Positions 18,410 to 25,512 of a stretch of 43,055 bases of DNA are shown here, piece by piece. This stretch comes from a virus. The translations under genes were made by a program, and so were the position numbers. The stretch lies in the IMG/VR virus record IMGVR_UViG_3300034072_001079. One strand, given 5' to 3'. Every line of letters starts with the position of its first letter. Position 1 is the first letter of the stretch. The notes under the pieces are model-generated. The model was not told the origin of the DNA. It ran no database searches and was given only the letters and a program-made list of their open reading frames with translations.

Positions 18410-18760
18410 TTACTCCGAACGGTTGACGAAAGTAGGGTTGTGTCGATCGCTGCCGGACAGGCACGGGTTAGCGCACCAGCTGCGGTATGCGTTGCGGTCG
18501 GCGGTCAGCGCGCGGCGGGCGCGTTTCAGCTCGGCCGCTTCGATGCGGGCGCGGCCCTCCGGCGAGGTGGGGCTGGGGCGGTTCGCGCTGACCGTGACGG
18601 TACGGCGCCATTTAGCCGGAGCGTGGCGGCCCTTACCTTTGCCGCGGTGCACCGTAGCGGTAACGGTCGGGCTGGGCAGCTTGAGGATCGGGGCGAGCGC
18701 GTTGCCGAAGGACAAAGCGCTGCCGAGGACCAGGGCGCGCAGTGCGTTATAGCCTTTCAT
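18410..18760 (-). CDS. Basic protein with signal-peptide-like N-terminus, function unknown
   Basis: 116-aa ORF, first gene after the leftward promoter, RBS AAGGAAAA. N-terminus MKGYNALRALVLGSALSFGNALA. Confidence 0.5.
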   Translation of the reverse strand: MKGYNALRALVLGSALSFGNALAPILKLPSPTVTATVHRGKGKGRHAPAKWRRTVTVSANRPSPTSPEGRARIEAAELKRARRALTADRNAYRSWCANPCLSGSDRHNPTFVNRSE

Positions 18761-18796
18761 GGGGTTTTCCTTGCTTCGTGGTTGACGGTAGGGCGC

Positions 18797-18825
18797 AGAC
18801 TAGGGCAAGCTGGCGGCCTCGTCAA
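18797..18825 (-). promoter_or_regulatory. Early sigma70-like promoter (class I), leftward, start of the replication operon
   Basis: Minus strand reads agtagTTGACG-aggccgccagcttgccc-TAGTCT with a 17-nt spacer. Lies in the divergent gap 18761-18843. Confidence 0.6.
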
Positions 18826-18843
18826 CTACTAAATTCCGAGCCG

Positions 18844-20637
18844 ATGAATCTACCGTCTACAGCCTCCGCCGTCGCGGCCGGGGTACGCCGGGCCAATGCG
18901 CCCCGCCCGCGCTGGTATCAAACCGAGATGCAGCAGCTCATAACTGACAGCTGGGCGCTCGGGCTGCAGAACGTCCTCGCGGTGCTGCCGTGCGGGGCGG
19001 GCAAGACGGTTACTTTCGCCTGCGTGGTGTCTGACCACGTGGGCGCATCGTGCTGTATAGCTCACCGCCAGGAGTTGGTCGGGCAGATCAGCATGGCGCT
19101 TGCCCGTAACGGCGTCAGGCATCGGATCATCGCCCCGGCCGGCGTGGTGCGCGCGATTTGCCAGGAACACCTCGCCGAGCTGGGCGTCTGCTACTACGAC
19201 CCGAACGCCTCGGCCGCGGTGGCCGGCGTCGATACGCTGCTACGCCGAGACGACCCGTGGTTTAAGCAGGTGACGCTGTGGGTGCAGGACGAGGCGCACC
19301 ACGTGCTCCGGGACAACAAATGGGGCAAAGCCGCCGCGCTGTTCCCGAACGCCAAGGGCCTGGGCGTGACGGCCACGCCGTGCCGGGCGGACGGCAAAGG
19401 GCTCGGGCGGCACGCCGATGGCCTGTTCGACGTTATGCACGTCGGGCCGACCATGCGCGATCTGATCAACTGGGGGTATTTGACCGACTACCGGATCGTC
19501 TGCGCGCCGACCCATATCGAGTACGCCCGCGCCCGGATCGGGGCAAACGGGGACTACGTGCTCGACCGAGGCGAGGGCAAAAAGGCGGTTCAAGAGTCCA
19601 CCCTCGTGGGCGACGTGGTGCGGGAGTACCAACGCTGGGTACCCGGCAAACTGTCCGTCGTGTTTGCCACGGATCTCGAAACCGCCGCCGATATCGCGCA
19701 GCGCTACCGCGACGCCGGGATTCCGGCCGAAACGCTCGATGGCACAATGTCGGATAGCGAGCGCCGGGCTGTGTTGGGGCGGTACAAGCGCCGCGAAACG
19801 CTCGTGCTCGTTACGGTCGATATCGTTTCCGAAGGCTTCGACCTGCCTGCTATCGAAGTCGTGCAGTTCGCGCGCCTCACTTTGTCGTTTGGCTTGTTCG
19901 TGCAGATGTTTAGTCGCGCCCTGCGTCTGATGCTTGAGCGCCAGCTTATGGCGGTATGGGACGACTACACTCCCGAGCGGCGTCTGGCGATCATCGCCGC
20001 CAGTGAAAAGCCGGTTGCCTGGATTCTCGACCACGTGGGCAACTGCGTATTCCACGGCCTGCCCGACTCGCGCAACGACTGGACGCTCGATGCGGTGGAC
20101 CGCAAGAGCAAGGGCGCGGACGACGCCGAGCCGCTGGCGTACTGCCTGAATCCGATCTGCGCCCAGGTGTACCCGCGGGCTAAACCGGTCTGCCCCTACT
20201 GCGGGGTAAAGCCGGAGCGGGCGGGCGGCGCGGCGCGGTCGATCAAGACCGTCGACGGTGACCTGCTGGAACTGGACCCGGCCACGCTGGCGGCGATGCG
20301 GGGCGAGCTGGCCCAGGCGCTGCCGACGCTGGAGACGTACCGGGCCAAGCTGAGCGCCCAGGGCCTGCCGCATACCCACGTGCTCGGGAACGCCAAGCAC
20401 CATTACGCCAAGCTGCAGGCCGCCGAGAACCTACGCGACGCGATGGCCTGGTGGGCGGGGGAGAAACGCGCCGCCGGCCAATGCGATCAGGAGATATACC
20501 GTCGCTTCTACCTGACGTTCGGCCTCGACTGGCTCGCCGCGCAGATGCTGGGCCGAGCGGATATGGACGCGCTGGCGGCCCGTATCGATGAAAAGTTGAC
20601 GGCGCCGTCATTAGCGGCTAGAGTTCGCCCTACCTGA
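18844..20637 (+). CDS. Superfamily 2 DNA helicase (DEAH-type) with C-terminal zinc ribbon
   Basis: Motif I LPCGAGKT, II VQDEAHH, III GVTATP, VI QMFSRALR. Also CLNPIC..CPYCG. Start at ATG 18844 inside track ORF 18742-20637. Confidence 0.85.
   Translation: MNLPSTASAVAAGVRRANAPRPRWYQTEMQQLITDSWALGLQNVLAVLPCGAGKTVTFACVVSDHVGASCCIAHRQELVGQISMALARNGVRHRIIAPAGVVRAICQEHLAELGVCYYDPNASAAVAGVDTLLRRDDPWFKQVTLWVQDEAHHVLRDNKWGKAAALFPNAKGLGVTATPCRADGKGLGRHADGLFDVMHVGPTMRDLINWGYLTDYRIVCAPTHIEYARARIGANGDYVLDRGEGKKAVQESTLVGDVVREYQRWVPGKLSVVFATDLETAADIAQRYRDAGIPAETLDGTMSDSERRAVLGRYKRRETLVLVTVDIVSEGFDLPAIEVVQFARLTLSFGLFVQMFSRALRLMLERQLMAVWDDYTPERRLAIIAASEKPVAWILDHVGNCVFHGLPDSRNDWTLDAVDRKSKGADDAEPLAYCLNPICAQVYPRAKPVCPYCGVKPERAGGAARSIKTVDGDLLELDPATLAAMRGELAQALPTLETYRAKLSAQGLPHTHVLGNAKHHYAKLQAAENLRDAMAWWAGEKRAAGQCDQEIYRRFYLTFGLDWLAAQMLGRADMDALAARIDEKLTAPSLAARVRPT
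20596..20624 (+). promoter_or_regulatory. Early sigma70-like promoter (class I), rightward, inside the 3' end of the helicase gene
   Basis: aaaagTTGACG-gcgccgtcattagcggc-TAGAGT with a 17-nt spacer. Confidence 0.55.
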
Positions 20638-20656
20638 CACAACCGGAGCAAACGGG

Positions 20657-20761
20657 ATGCGAGTAAGCATTGAACGAATCGAGGGCCGGCGCCACGCTAT
20701 CGACGCCCTGGGCCTTAACTACGTCAGCCGGCGCGAGTGGCCCCAACGTGGCGCGCGGTGA
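20657..20761 (+). CDS. Possible 34-aa ORF (MRVSIERIEGRRHAIDALGL...)
   Basis: ATG 8 nt after GGAG, just downstream of the promoter. Too short for the ORF track. An overlapping ORF in another frame (20670-20855) also has high third-position GC. Confidence 0.3.
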   Translation: MRVSIERIEGRRHAIDALGLNYVSRREWPQRGAR

Positions 20762-20835
20762 GATCGCGGGCAACCTGCGCCGATCGCACGGCCAGGCGAG
20801 CCGGGAATACTCGCGCGGGGTAATGGAGGTGCTCG

Positions 20836-21267
20836 ATGCAGTGGCAACGCGCTAAACCCTGGACCTCCGGCACGGAACAGCCGCGCGGGTTGGTGCGGGT
20901 AGCGTCGCACTGTTTCCCCGCGGTCTGGGTCGAGTACGACGCGGGTACGGTGAACTGGCCCGAGGTGGCTTTTTACCGACTCCCGGCCACCCCGGAAGGC
21001 CGGCGCGAGGCGGACCGCATCCGCAAAGCGAACGCGCGGGCCGTGAAGCCCGACGAGTCGGTGCTGGTGCTGCCGTTGCCCGTGGGCACCCGCGACGCCC
21101 TGAACCGCGTATGCGCGCGGGCCGGGTTCACCGACCGGCGCGAGCTGCTGGCAACCCTGATCCACAACCTTGACGGCTTGGACTGTCCGACACTCGGCGC
21201 GCTTTTAACGCAGACTGTCCGGGTAGGTGACCTGAGTAAATACTTTGGGAGGCTGACCGATGTTTGA
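20836..21267 (+). CDS. Hypothetical protein
   Basis: 143-aa ORF, ATG 7 nt after GGAGG. No recognisable motif. Confidence 0.6.
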   Translation: MQWQRAKPWTSGTEQPRGLVRVASHCFPAVWVEYDAGTVNWPEVAFYRLPATPEGRREADRIRKANARAVKPDESVLVLPLPVGTRDALNRVCARAGFTDRRELLATLIHNLDGLDCPTLGALLTQTVRVGDLSKYFGRLTDV

Positions 21268-21613
21268 TTCTATCGCTTCGCTATTCTGCGCCCTGGGCGT
21301 CGCCTGGGTCGGCTACACCCTGGCGTTTATCGTGGCCCATTGGTGGGCGGACCAGTGGTTCGACCGCCACGGCGCGGCCCACCATTGCGAGGAATGCGGC
21401 TCTGGTTACCTCGTGCCGACCGAGCGGGCCGAAGTGGCGCACGTCGTTTCGGAGGTGGACTGGCACTGTGGCCGCTGCGGCGCCCATGTGGGGTATTGGG
21501 CCTATGGGCAAAACCATCCGGGGTGGCGCGACGAGTGTGTGGCTGATGCCATGCTGCTCGGGCGCTGGCTTGGCCCGCTGCTGGCCGTGGGGGTAGCGCT
21601 GTGCTTAATCTGA
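21260..21613 (+). CDS. Membrane protein with zinc ribbon, function unknown
   Basis: N- and C-terminal hydrophobic helices flank CEECG...CGRCG. Confidence 0.6.
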   Translation: MFDSIASLFCALGVAWVGYTLAFIVAHWWADQWFDRHGAAHHCEECGSGYLVPTERAEVAHVVSEVDWHCGRCGAHVGYWAYGQNHPGWRDECVADAMLLGRWLGPLLAVGVALCLI

Positions 21614-21795
21614 CCACGTGGGCCGCCCGCTGGGGCGTCCCGCTCGAAGCGCTGCAGGATCTGCGCGCACAGCTCGGCCTGATCAACGACCTGCCCGCGC
21701 CGATCAGCGGCACGAGCGAGGCGGACGTGATGACCCTGGGGCGCTGGCTCGGCCCGCTGCTGGCGGTGGGGGTGGTGCTTGTCGGCCTACTATAA
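21601..21795 (+). pseudogene. Chimeric duplication remnant: 5' 124 nt of the VRR-NUC gene fused to a second copy of the 3' end of the upstream membrane-protein gene
   Basis: 21601-21724 matches 22768-22891 at about 91% identity (11 mismatches, nearly all synonymous). 21739-21779 matches 21560-21600. The 64-aa ORF is still open. Confidence 0.6.
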
Positions 21796-22774
21796 CGAAA
21801 TTGACCCGTACGCGGCCCAATGGCTGCGCAACCTGATCGCCGCCGGCCATATCGCGCCGGGCGACGTAGACGAACGCTCAATTGAGGACGTGCACCCCGA
21901 TGACCTCCGAAAATATACCCAATGCCACTTCTTCGCCGGAATCGGGGCCTGGAGCCTTGCGCTACGTCGGGCTGAGTGGGATGACACCCGCCGAGTATGG
22001 ACAGGCTCTTGCCCCTGCCAACCTTTCTCCGCGGCAGGCCAAGGCGCTGGGTTTGCTGACGAGCGGCATTTGTGGCCCGCTTTCCACTGGCTTATCGCCC
22101 AGTGCGCCCCTTCAGTCGTCTTTGGAGAGCAGGTTGCAAGCCGTGACGCAGATGCTTGGATCGACCTTGTACAAGCTGACCTGGAAACCCTGGGCTACGC
22201 CGTCGGGGCCGTCCCGTTCCCGTCTGCGGGCGTCGGTGCGCCGCACATCCGCGACCGACTGTACTGGGTGGCCAACCACAACGGCAACGGACGCAATACG
22301 CCGCCCCGGGGTCGAGTTCACCACCAGAAACATCACGTTGAATCACGCGGCAGTGCTGACCGGCTGGAATACGCCAATGGCGCGGGATCACAAGGGCGAT
22401 CCAGAGGCGCCGCGCCAGAAGGGACGTGCATTGCCCTTCCAGGCCGCAATGGCAGGCTGGCCGACGCCGAACACAATGGACGTGGTCGACCGGAGGCAGT
22501 TCCGACCCAGTCGAGTGGCGACGAATCGCGCTTCCGGCTATCTGACCGAGGATATTCTGCACCTCAAGGACAACCCACAACCGGCCCGGTTAACGGCCAC
22601 TGGCGAGATGCTGACTGGCTCTTCTGCAGGGATGGAAAGTGGCGGCCAGTTGAACCCGGCGCATTCCCGCTGGCTTATGGGGCTCCCGCCCGAGTGGGAC
22701 GCCTGCGCGCCTACGGAAACGCCATCAATGTTGAAGCGGCGACGCAGTTTGTCAGGAGCTACCTAGAATGCTGA
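21779..22774 (+). CDS. DNA (cytosine-5)-methyltransferase, frame A
   Basis: Motif [52 protein letters not shown] start. The region between VIII and X is low-complexity Gly/Arg/His. Confidence 0.85.
   Translation: MSAYYNEIDPYAAQWLRNLIAAGHIAPGDVDERSIEDVHPDDLRKYTQCHFFAGIGAWSLALRRAEWDDTRRVWTGSCPCQPFSAAGQGAGFADERHLWPAFHWLIAQCAPSVVFGEQVASRDADAWIDLVQADLETLGYAVGAVPFPSAGVGAPHIRDRLYWVANHNGNGRNTPPRGRVHHQKHHVESRGSADRLEYANGAGSQGRSRGAAPEGTCIALPGRNGRLADAEHNGRGRPEAVPTQSSGDESRFRLSDRGYSAPQGQPTTGPVNGHWRDADWLFCRDGKWRPVEPGAFPLAYGAPARVGRLRAYGNAINVEAATQFVRSYLEC
21981..22766 (+). CDS. Nested +1-frame ORF carrying TRD-like GWPTP repeats and a motif IX-like string (possible second methyltransferase subunit or ancestral frame)
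   Basis: Track ORF 21882-22766, first ATG at 21981. [30 protein letters not shown] and [16 protein letters not shown]. Third-position GC is higher than in frame A across 22265-22600 (hand count). Confidence 0.35.
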   Translation: MTPAEYGQALAPANLSPRQAKALGLLTSGICGPLSTGLSPSAPLQSSLESRLQAVTQMLGSTLYKLTWKPWATPSGPSRSRLRASVRRTSATDCTGWPTTTATDAIRRPGVEFTTRNITLNHAAVLTGWNTPMARDHKGDPEAPRQKGRALPFQAAMAGWPTPNTMDVVDRRQFRPSRVATNRASGYLTEDILHLKDNPQPARLTATGEMLTGSSAGMESGGQLNPAHSRWLMGLPPEWDACAPTETPSMLKRRRSLSGAT

Positions 22775-23238
22775 ACCTAACAACCTGGGCCGCCCGCTGG
22801 GGCGTGCCGCTCGAAGCGTTGCAGGATCTGCGCGCACAGCTCGGCCTGATCGATGACCTACCCGCGCCGATCAGCGGCACGAGCGAGGCGGCGGTGCAGA
22901 ATCGCGTCAGGCTGGCCGCTGCTGAGCGAGGTGCGCGCTACTGGCGCAACAACTCCGGGGCGTATAAGGACGACTCGGGCCGGCTCGTGCGGTACGGCCT
23001 GGCCAATGACTCCGCAGCGCTGAATGCCGTGCTCAAGTCGTCTGACCTGATCGGCGTCGAGCCGTTGCAGATCACTCAGGAGCACGTGGGCCAAACGGTC
23101 GGCCTGTTCTCGGCGATTGAGTGCAAGCCGGTCGGCTGGCAGTACACCGGAACGGACCGGGAGCGGGCACAGCTCGCGTTCGGACAACTGATTATCAGCC
23201 TGGGCGGCCGGTTCCGGTTCGCTTCGGGCGGGGAGTAA
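22768..23238 (+). CDS. VRR-NUC domain nuclease
   Basis: WRNNSGAY.., SDLIGV and AIECK (D...ExK core). ATG overlaps the methyltransferase stop (ATGCTGA). Confidence 0.8.
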   Translation: MLNLTTWAARWGVPLEALQDLRAQLGLIDDLPAPISGTSEAAVQNRVRLAAAERGARYWRNNSGAYKDDSGRLVRYGLANDSAALNAVLKSSDLIGVEPLQITQEHVGQTVGLFSAIECKPVGWQYTGTDRERAQLAFGQLIISLGGRFRFASGGE

Positions 23239-23243
23239 CGGAA

Positions 23244-23690
23244 ATGCAATACCTAAAACACCAAACCCAGCCATGCCCTGTAAGTTGCGTTTGCACTAGC
23301 ATCGCCATTTTGGCGGGGCGCCCAGCTGCCGAGATCGTGGAAAAGTATCACCGGGGCTACCGCGACGGGTCCGTTTCTGTCCGAACTATGCTTACCGAGC
23401 TAGGTATTCCGTTCGCTACTTTTGACTCTTTGGATGGGGGTGTCATGGACCAAGTGGGCGCGTACTTGGTAACGGTCCCGAGCCTTAACATAACCGGCGG
23501 CACGCATCAGATCGTCATAGAGATTACAGAGGACGACTATCACGTGATCGACCCGGTTCAAGGCCGAGCGGGCCGCAGGTATTACACGGCTCGAGGGAGG
23601 GCTCTGGGCGATTTGGAGCACGAGCTAGCCAGCTTTACCCTCGACGCGTTCGTGCCCGTCGAATACTTCGCGCAAAGGGCTCAGGCATGA
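23244..23690 (+). CDS. Papain-fold cysteine peptidase candidate (peptidase C39-like)
   Basis: Q..CPVSCVCTSIAILAG (Cys), GGTHQIVIEI (His) and YHVIDPVQG (Asp), in C39 order and spacing. ATG after GGGAG. GC is visibly lower than in the flanks. Confidence 0.5.
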   Translation: MQYLKHQTQPCPVSCVCTSIAILAGRPAAEIVEKYHRGYRDGSVSVRTMLTELGIPFATFDSLDGGVMDQVGAYLVTVPSLNITGGTHQIVIEITEDDYHVIDPVQGRAGRRYYTARGRALGDLEHELASFTLDAFVPVEYFAQRAQA

Positions 23691-23920
23691 CCGTCTATCA
23701 AACCCCATTCGACCCCGCCACAAGGCAATGCACCGGCCCGAGCGAGCCGACCGCGTTCGATACCCTGGCCGACGTGATCGCGCTCATGGGCGCGCCGGAG
23801 CACCCCGGCCGGCGCGTGCATACCTACACCGGCGCGGGCGTGGCGTTTTCGGACTTCCCGCTATACATTGACAAGGCCGCCAACTCGGGCCACCATAGCC
23901 CGCATCTATCGGAGGTCTGA
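23687..23920 (+). CDS. Hypothetical protein
   Basis: 77-aa ORF with ATGA overlap to the upstream gene. Confidence 0.5.
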   Translation: MTVYQTPFDPATRQCTGPSEPTAFDTLADVIALMGAPEHPGRRVHTYTGAGVAFSDFPLYIDKAANSGHHSPHLSEV

Positions 23921-23922
23921 CC

Positions 23923-24234
23923 ATGTACAAAACCGACTCGAAAACTCTGGCGGCCCACCGCGCCAAGCTGCTCGCCCTGGCCCTGGATATGGCCGAGGCG
24001 GACCATTACACCCGCGTGACCCGTGACGGCCTGGCCAAGGCCGGAGGCGTGGCAAACGGCATCGTGACGGCCACTTTTGGCACCATGACGCAGTTTCGCC
24101 GCGACCTGATGCGCCACGCTGTGGCCGAGGGCCGCCTGCGCGTGATCGGTCAGGGCCTGGCCCAGGGCTGCCCGCACGCGGCCAAGGCGCCGGCCGAGGT
24201 GCGCCAGGCGGCTATGCAGGCGCTCGCGTCCTAG
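23923..24234 (+). CDS. Small HTH protein, TetR-N-terminal-like
   Basis: YTRVTRDGLAKAGGVANGIVTATFGTMTQFRRDL resembles a TetR-type HTH. 103 aa. Confidence 0.45.
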   Translation: MYKTDSKTLAAHRAKLLALALDMAEADHYTRVTRDGLAKAGGVANGIVTATFGTMTQFRRDLMRHAVAEGRLRVIGQGLAQGCPHAAKAPAEVRQAAMQALAS

Positions 24235-24263
24235 TTGACGCCGCCGCCATCTTTAGCTAACCT
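24235..24263 (+). promoter_or_regulatory. Early sigma70-like promoter (class I), rightward
   Basis: cctagTTGACG-ccgccgccatctttagc-TAACCT with a 17-nt spacer, 34 nt before ATG 24298. Confidence 0.6.
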
Positions 24264-24297
24264 CCGGGGCGTACCTCAACAAACCGGAGCACCCGCC

Positions 24298-24564
24298 ATG
24301 CGAATGACCGTCACGAACGGCAACGCCCGTAACAAAATCCCCGGCCAGCGCGTCACGTTTCGCGCCGATACTGGCCACTCGGCCAGCGTCGTTCTCCCCT
24401 GCGCCCGTGCGCGCAAATACCGCGACACTCTGCTCGACTTGGCCAAGCAAATCGCATGGGCCGAGGGCGTGGCGATTCATTCACCGCGCACCGCTGCCGC
24501 GGAGCAGATGCTGCGCATGTTCACCGAGGGCAAGGCCCGGAGGATCGTCAAATGGAATGCGTAA
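24298..24564 (+). CDS. Hypothetical protein
   Basis: 88 aa from the internal ATG preceded by GGAG. First gene after the promoter. Confidence 0.55.
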   Translation: MRMTVTNGNARNKIPGQRVTFRADTGHSASVVLPCARARKYRDTLLDLAKQIAWAEGVAIHSPRTAAAEQMLRMFTEGKARRIVKWNA

Positions 24565-25085
24565 CTGATCACAGCACGGCGGAATGCCCGATGAAGCCGC
24601 AAGCCAGCGCCGCGCAATCTGCGCCGGCAGGGGGGCGCGAGGCGTGCAGCGAGTGCAATGGGCTTGGGTTTGGGCCGTTTGGCGGATGCGGAGAGTGCTG
24701 CGGTAGTGGCCAAGCCTCCTGGCAGCGCACGCAGGCTGCGGGGGTGCCGGTCGGATGGCAGTTCTATCAAGACGGAAAGTGGTGGAACGGCGACGACAGG
24801 ATCAGGGATCACAGGGCGAATACCGAGGCTGCTGGGTACCCTGTTCGTGATGTGTACGCCGCCGCCCCAGCTCAGCCAGCAGCGCACGACCAGGGCGAGG
24901 TGCATAGCCGCGAGCGCTGGACGGTTATGTGCGGGCACTGGCAGGACACAACGCTTGCAATCCACGGCGAGCGCACCGGGCATATCGCCAGCGGGATTGA
25001 CGAGGACGCAGCGCACGCAATCGTCAACGCGCATAACCAAGGGCTGCCGCCGATAGCTGCCGCCAGCACCGGGCAGGAGGTGTGA
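24552..25085 (+). CDS. Protein with DnaJ-type zinc finger (two CxxCxGxG)
   Basis: CSECNGLG and CGECCGSG. ATG 7 nt after GGAGGA, overlapping the upstream gene. Confidence 0.6.
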   Translation: MECVTDHSTAECPMKPQASAAQSAPAGGREACSECNGLGFGPFGGCGECCGSGQASWQRTQAAGVPVGWQFYQDGKWWNGDDRIRDHRANTEAAGYPVRDVYAAAPAQPAAHDQGEVHSRERWTVMCGHWQDTTLAIHGERTGHIASGIDEDAAHAIVNAHNQGLPPIAAASTGQEV

Positions 25086-25086
25086 C

Positions 25087-25512
25087 GTGAGCCTATTCGA
25101 CGCACTGCCCGAGTACAAGGTCGATCACCAAAGCAAGCTGCCGCCAGAGGCCAAGCACTTCGGCCAGGACTTCGGGGAGCACAGCAACCTGAATTGCCCT
25201 TGGGACAACGCGGTGGGCTTCATGGTGAATCTCGCCGCCGCGCCAGCGCAAGGGCAGCAGGTGGAGCGGTGGATTCCAGTCAGCGAGCGGCTGCCGGAGC
25301 CGTTCACTGTCGTCGCGCTGCTGGATGAAAACCGGTGGATGAACACTGGCTGCGATGATTTTGAAGCCAACTGGACTGGCGCCGGCTGGTTGAATAACGC
25401 GATTGCCACACCTTACTGGAACGCCATTGGCGAGCGGCGCGGCCTGACATTAGATTCCATAACCCGCTGGATGTCCCTCCCAGCGGCCCCGACCAAAGGC
25501 GGTGACGTATGA
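25087..25512 (+). CDS. DUF551-like phage protein
   Basis: WIPVSERLPEP...ITRWMSLPAAP pattern typical of DUF551. GTG start. Confidence 0.55.
   Translation: MSLFDALPEYKVDHQSKLPPEAKHFGQDFGEHSNLNCPWDNAVGFMVNLAAAPAQGQQVERWIPVSERLPEPFTVVALLDENRWMNTGCDDFEANWTGAGWLNNAIATPYWNAIGERRGLTLDSITRWMSLPAAPTKGGDV

Noticed and set aside
18782-18787. Rightward TTGACG box facing the leftward promoter (also TTGACG at about 3435 and 42178)
   Set aside because: There is no acceptable -10 hexamer at 16-18 nt and no GCCGCCATCTT-type spacer. These are probably chance -35 matches, or for 18782 half of an inverted repeat with the real leftward -35. The helicase promoter remains unidentified.
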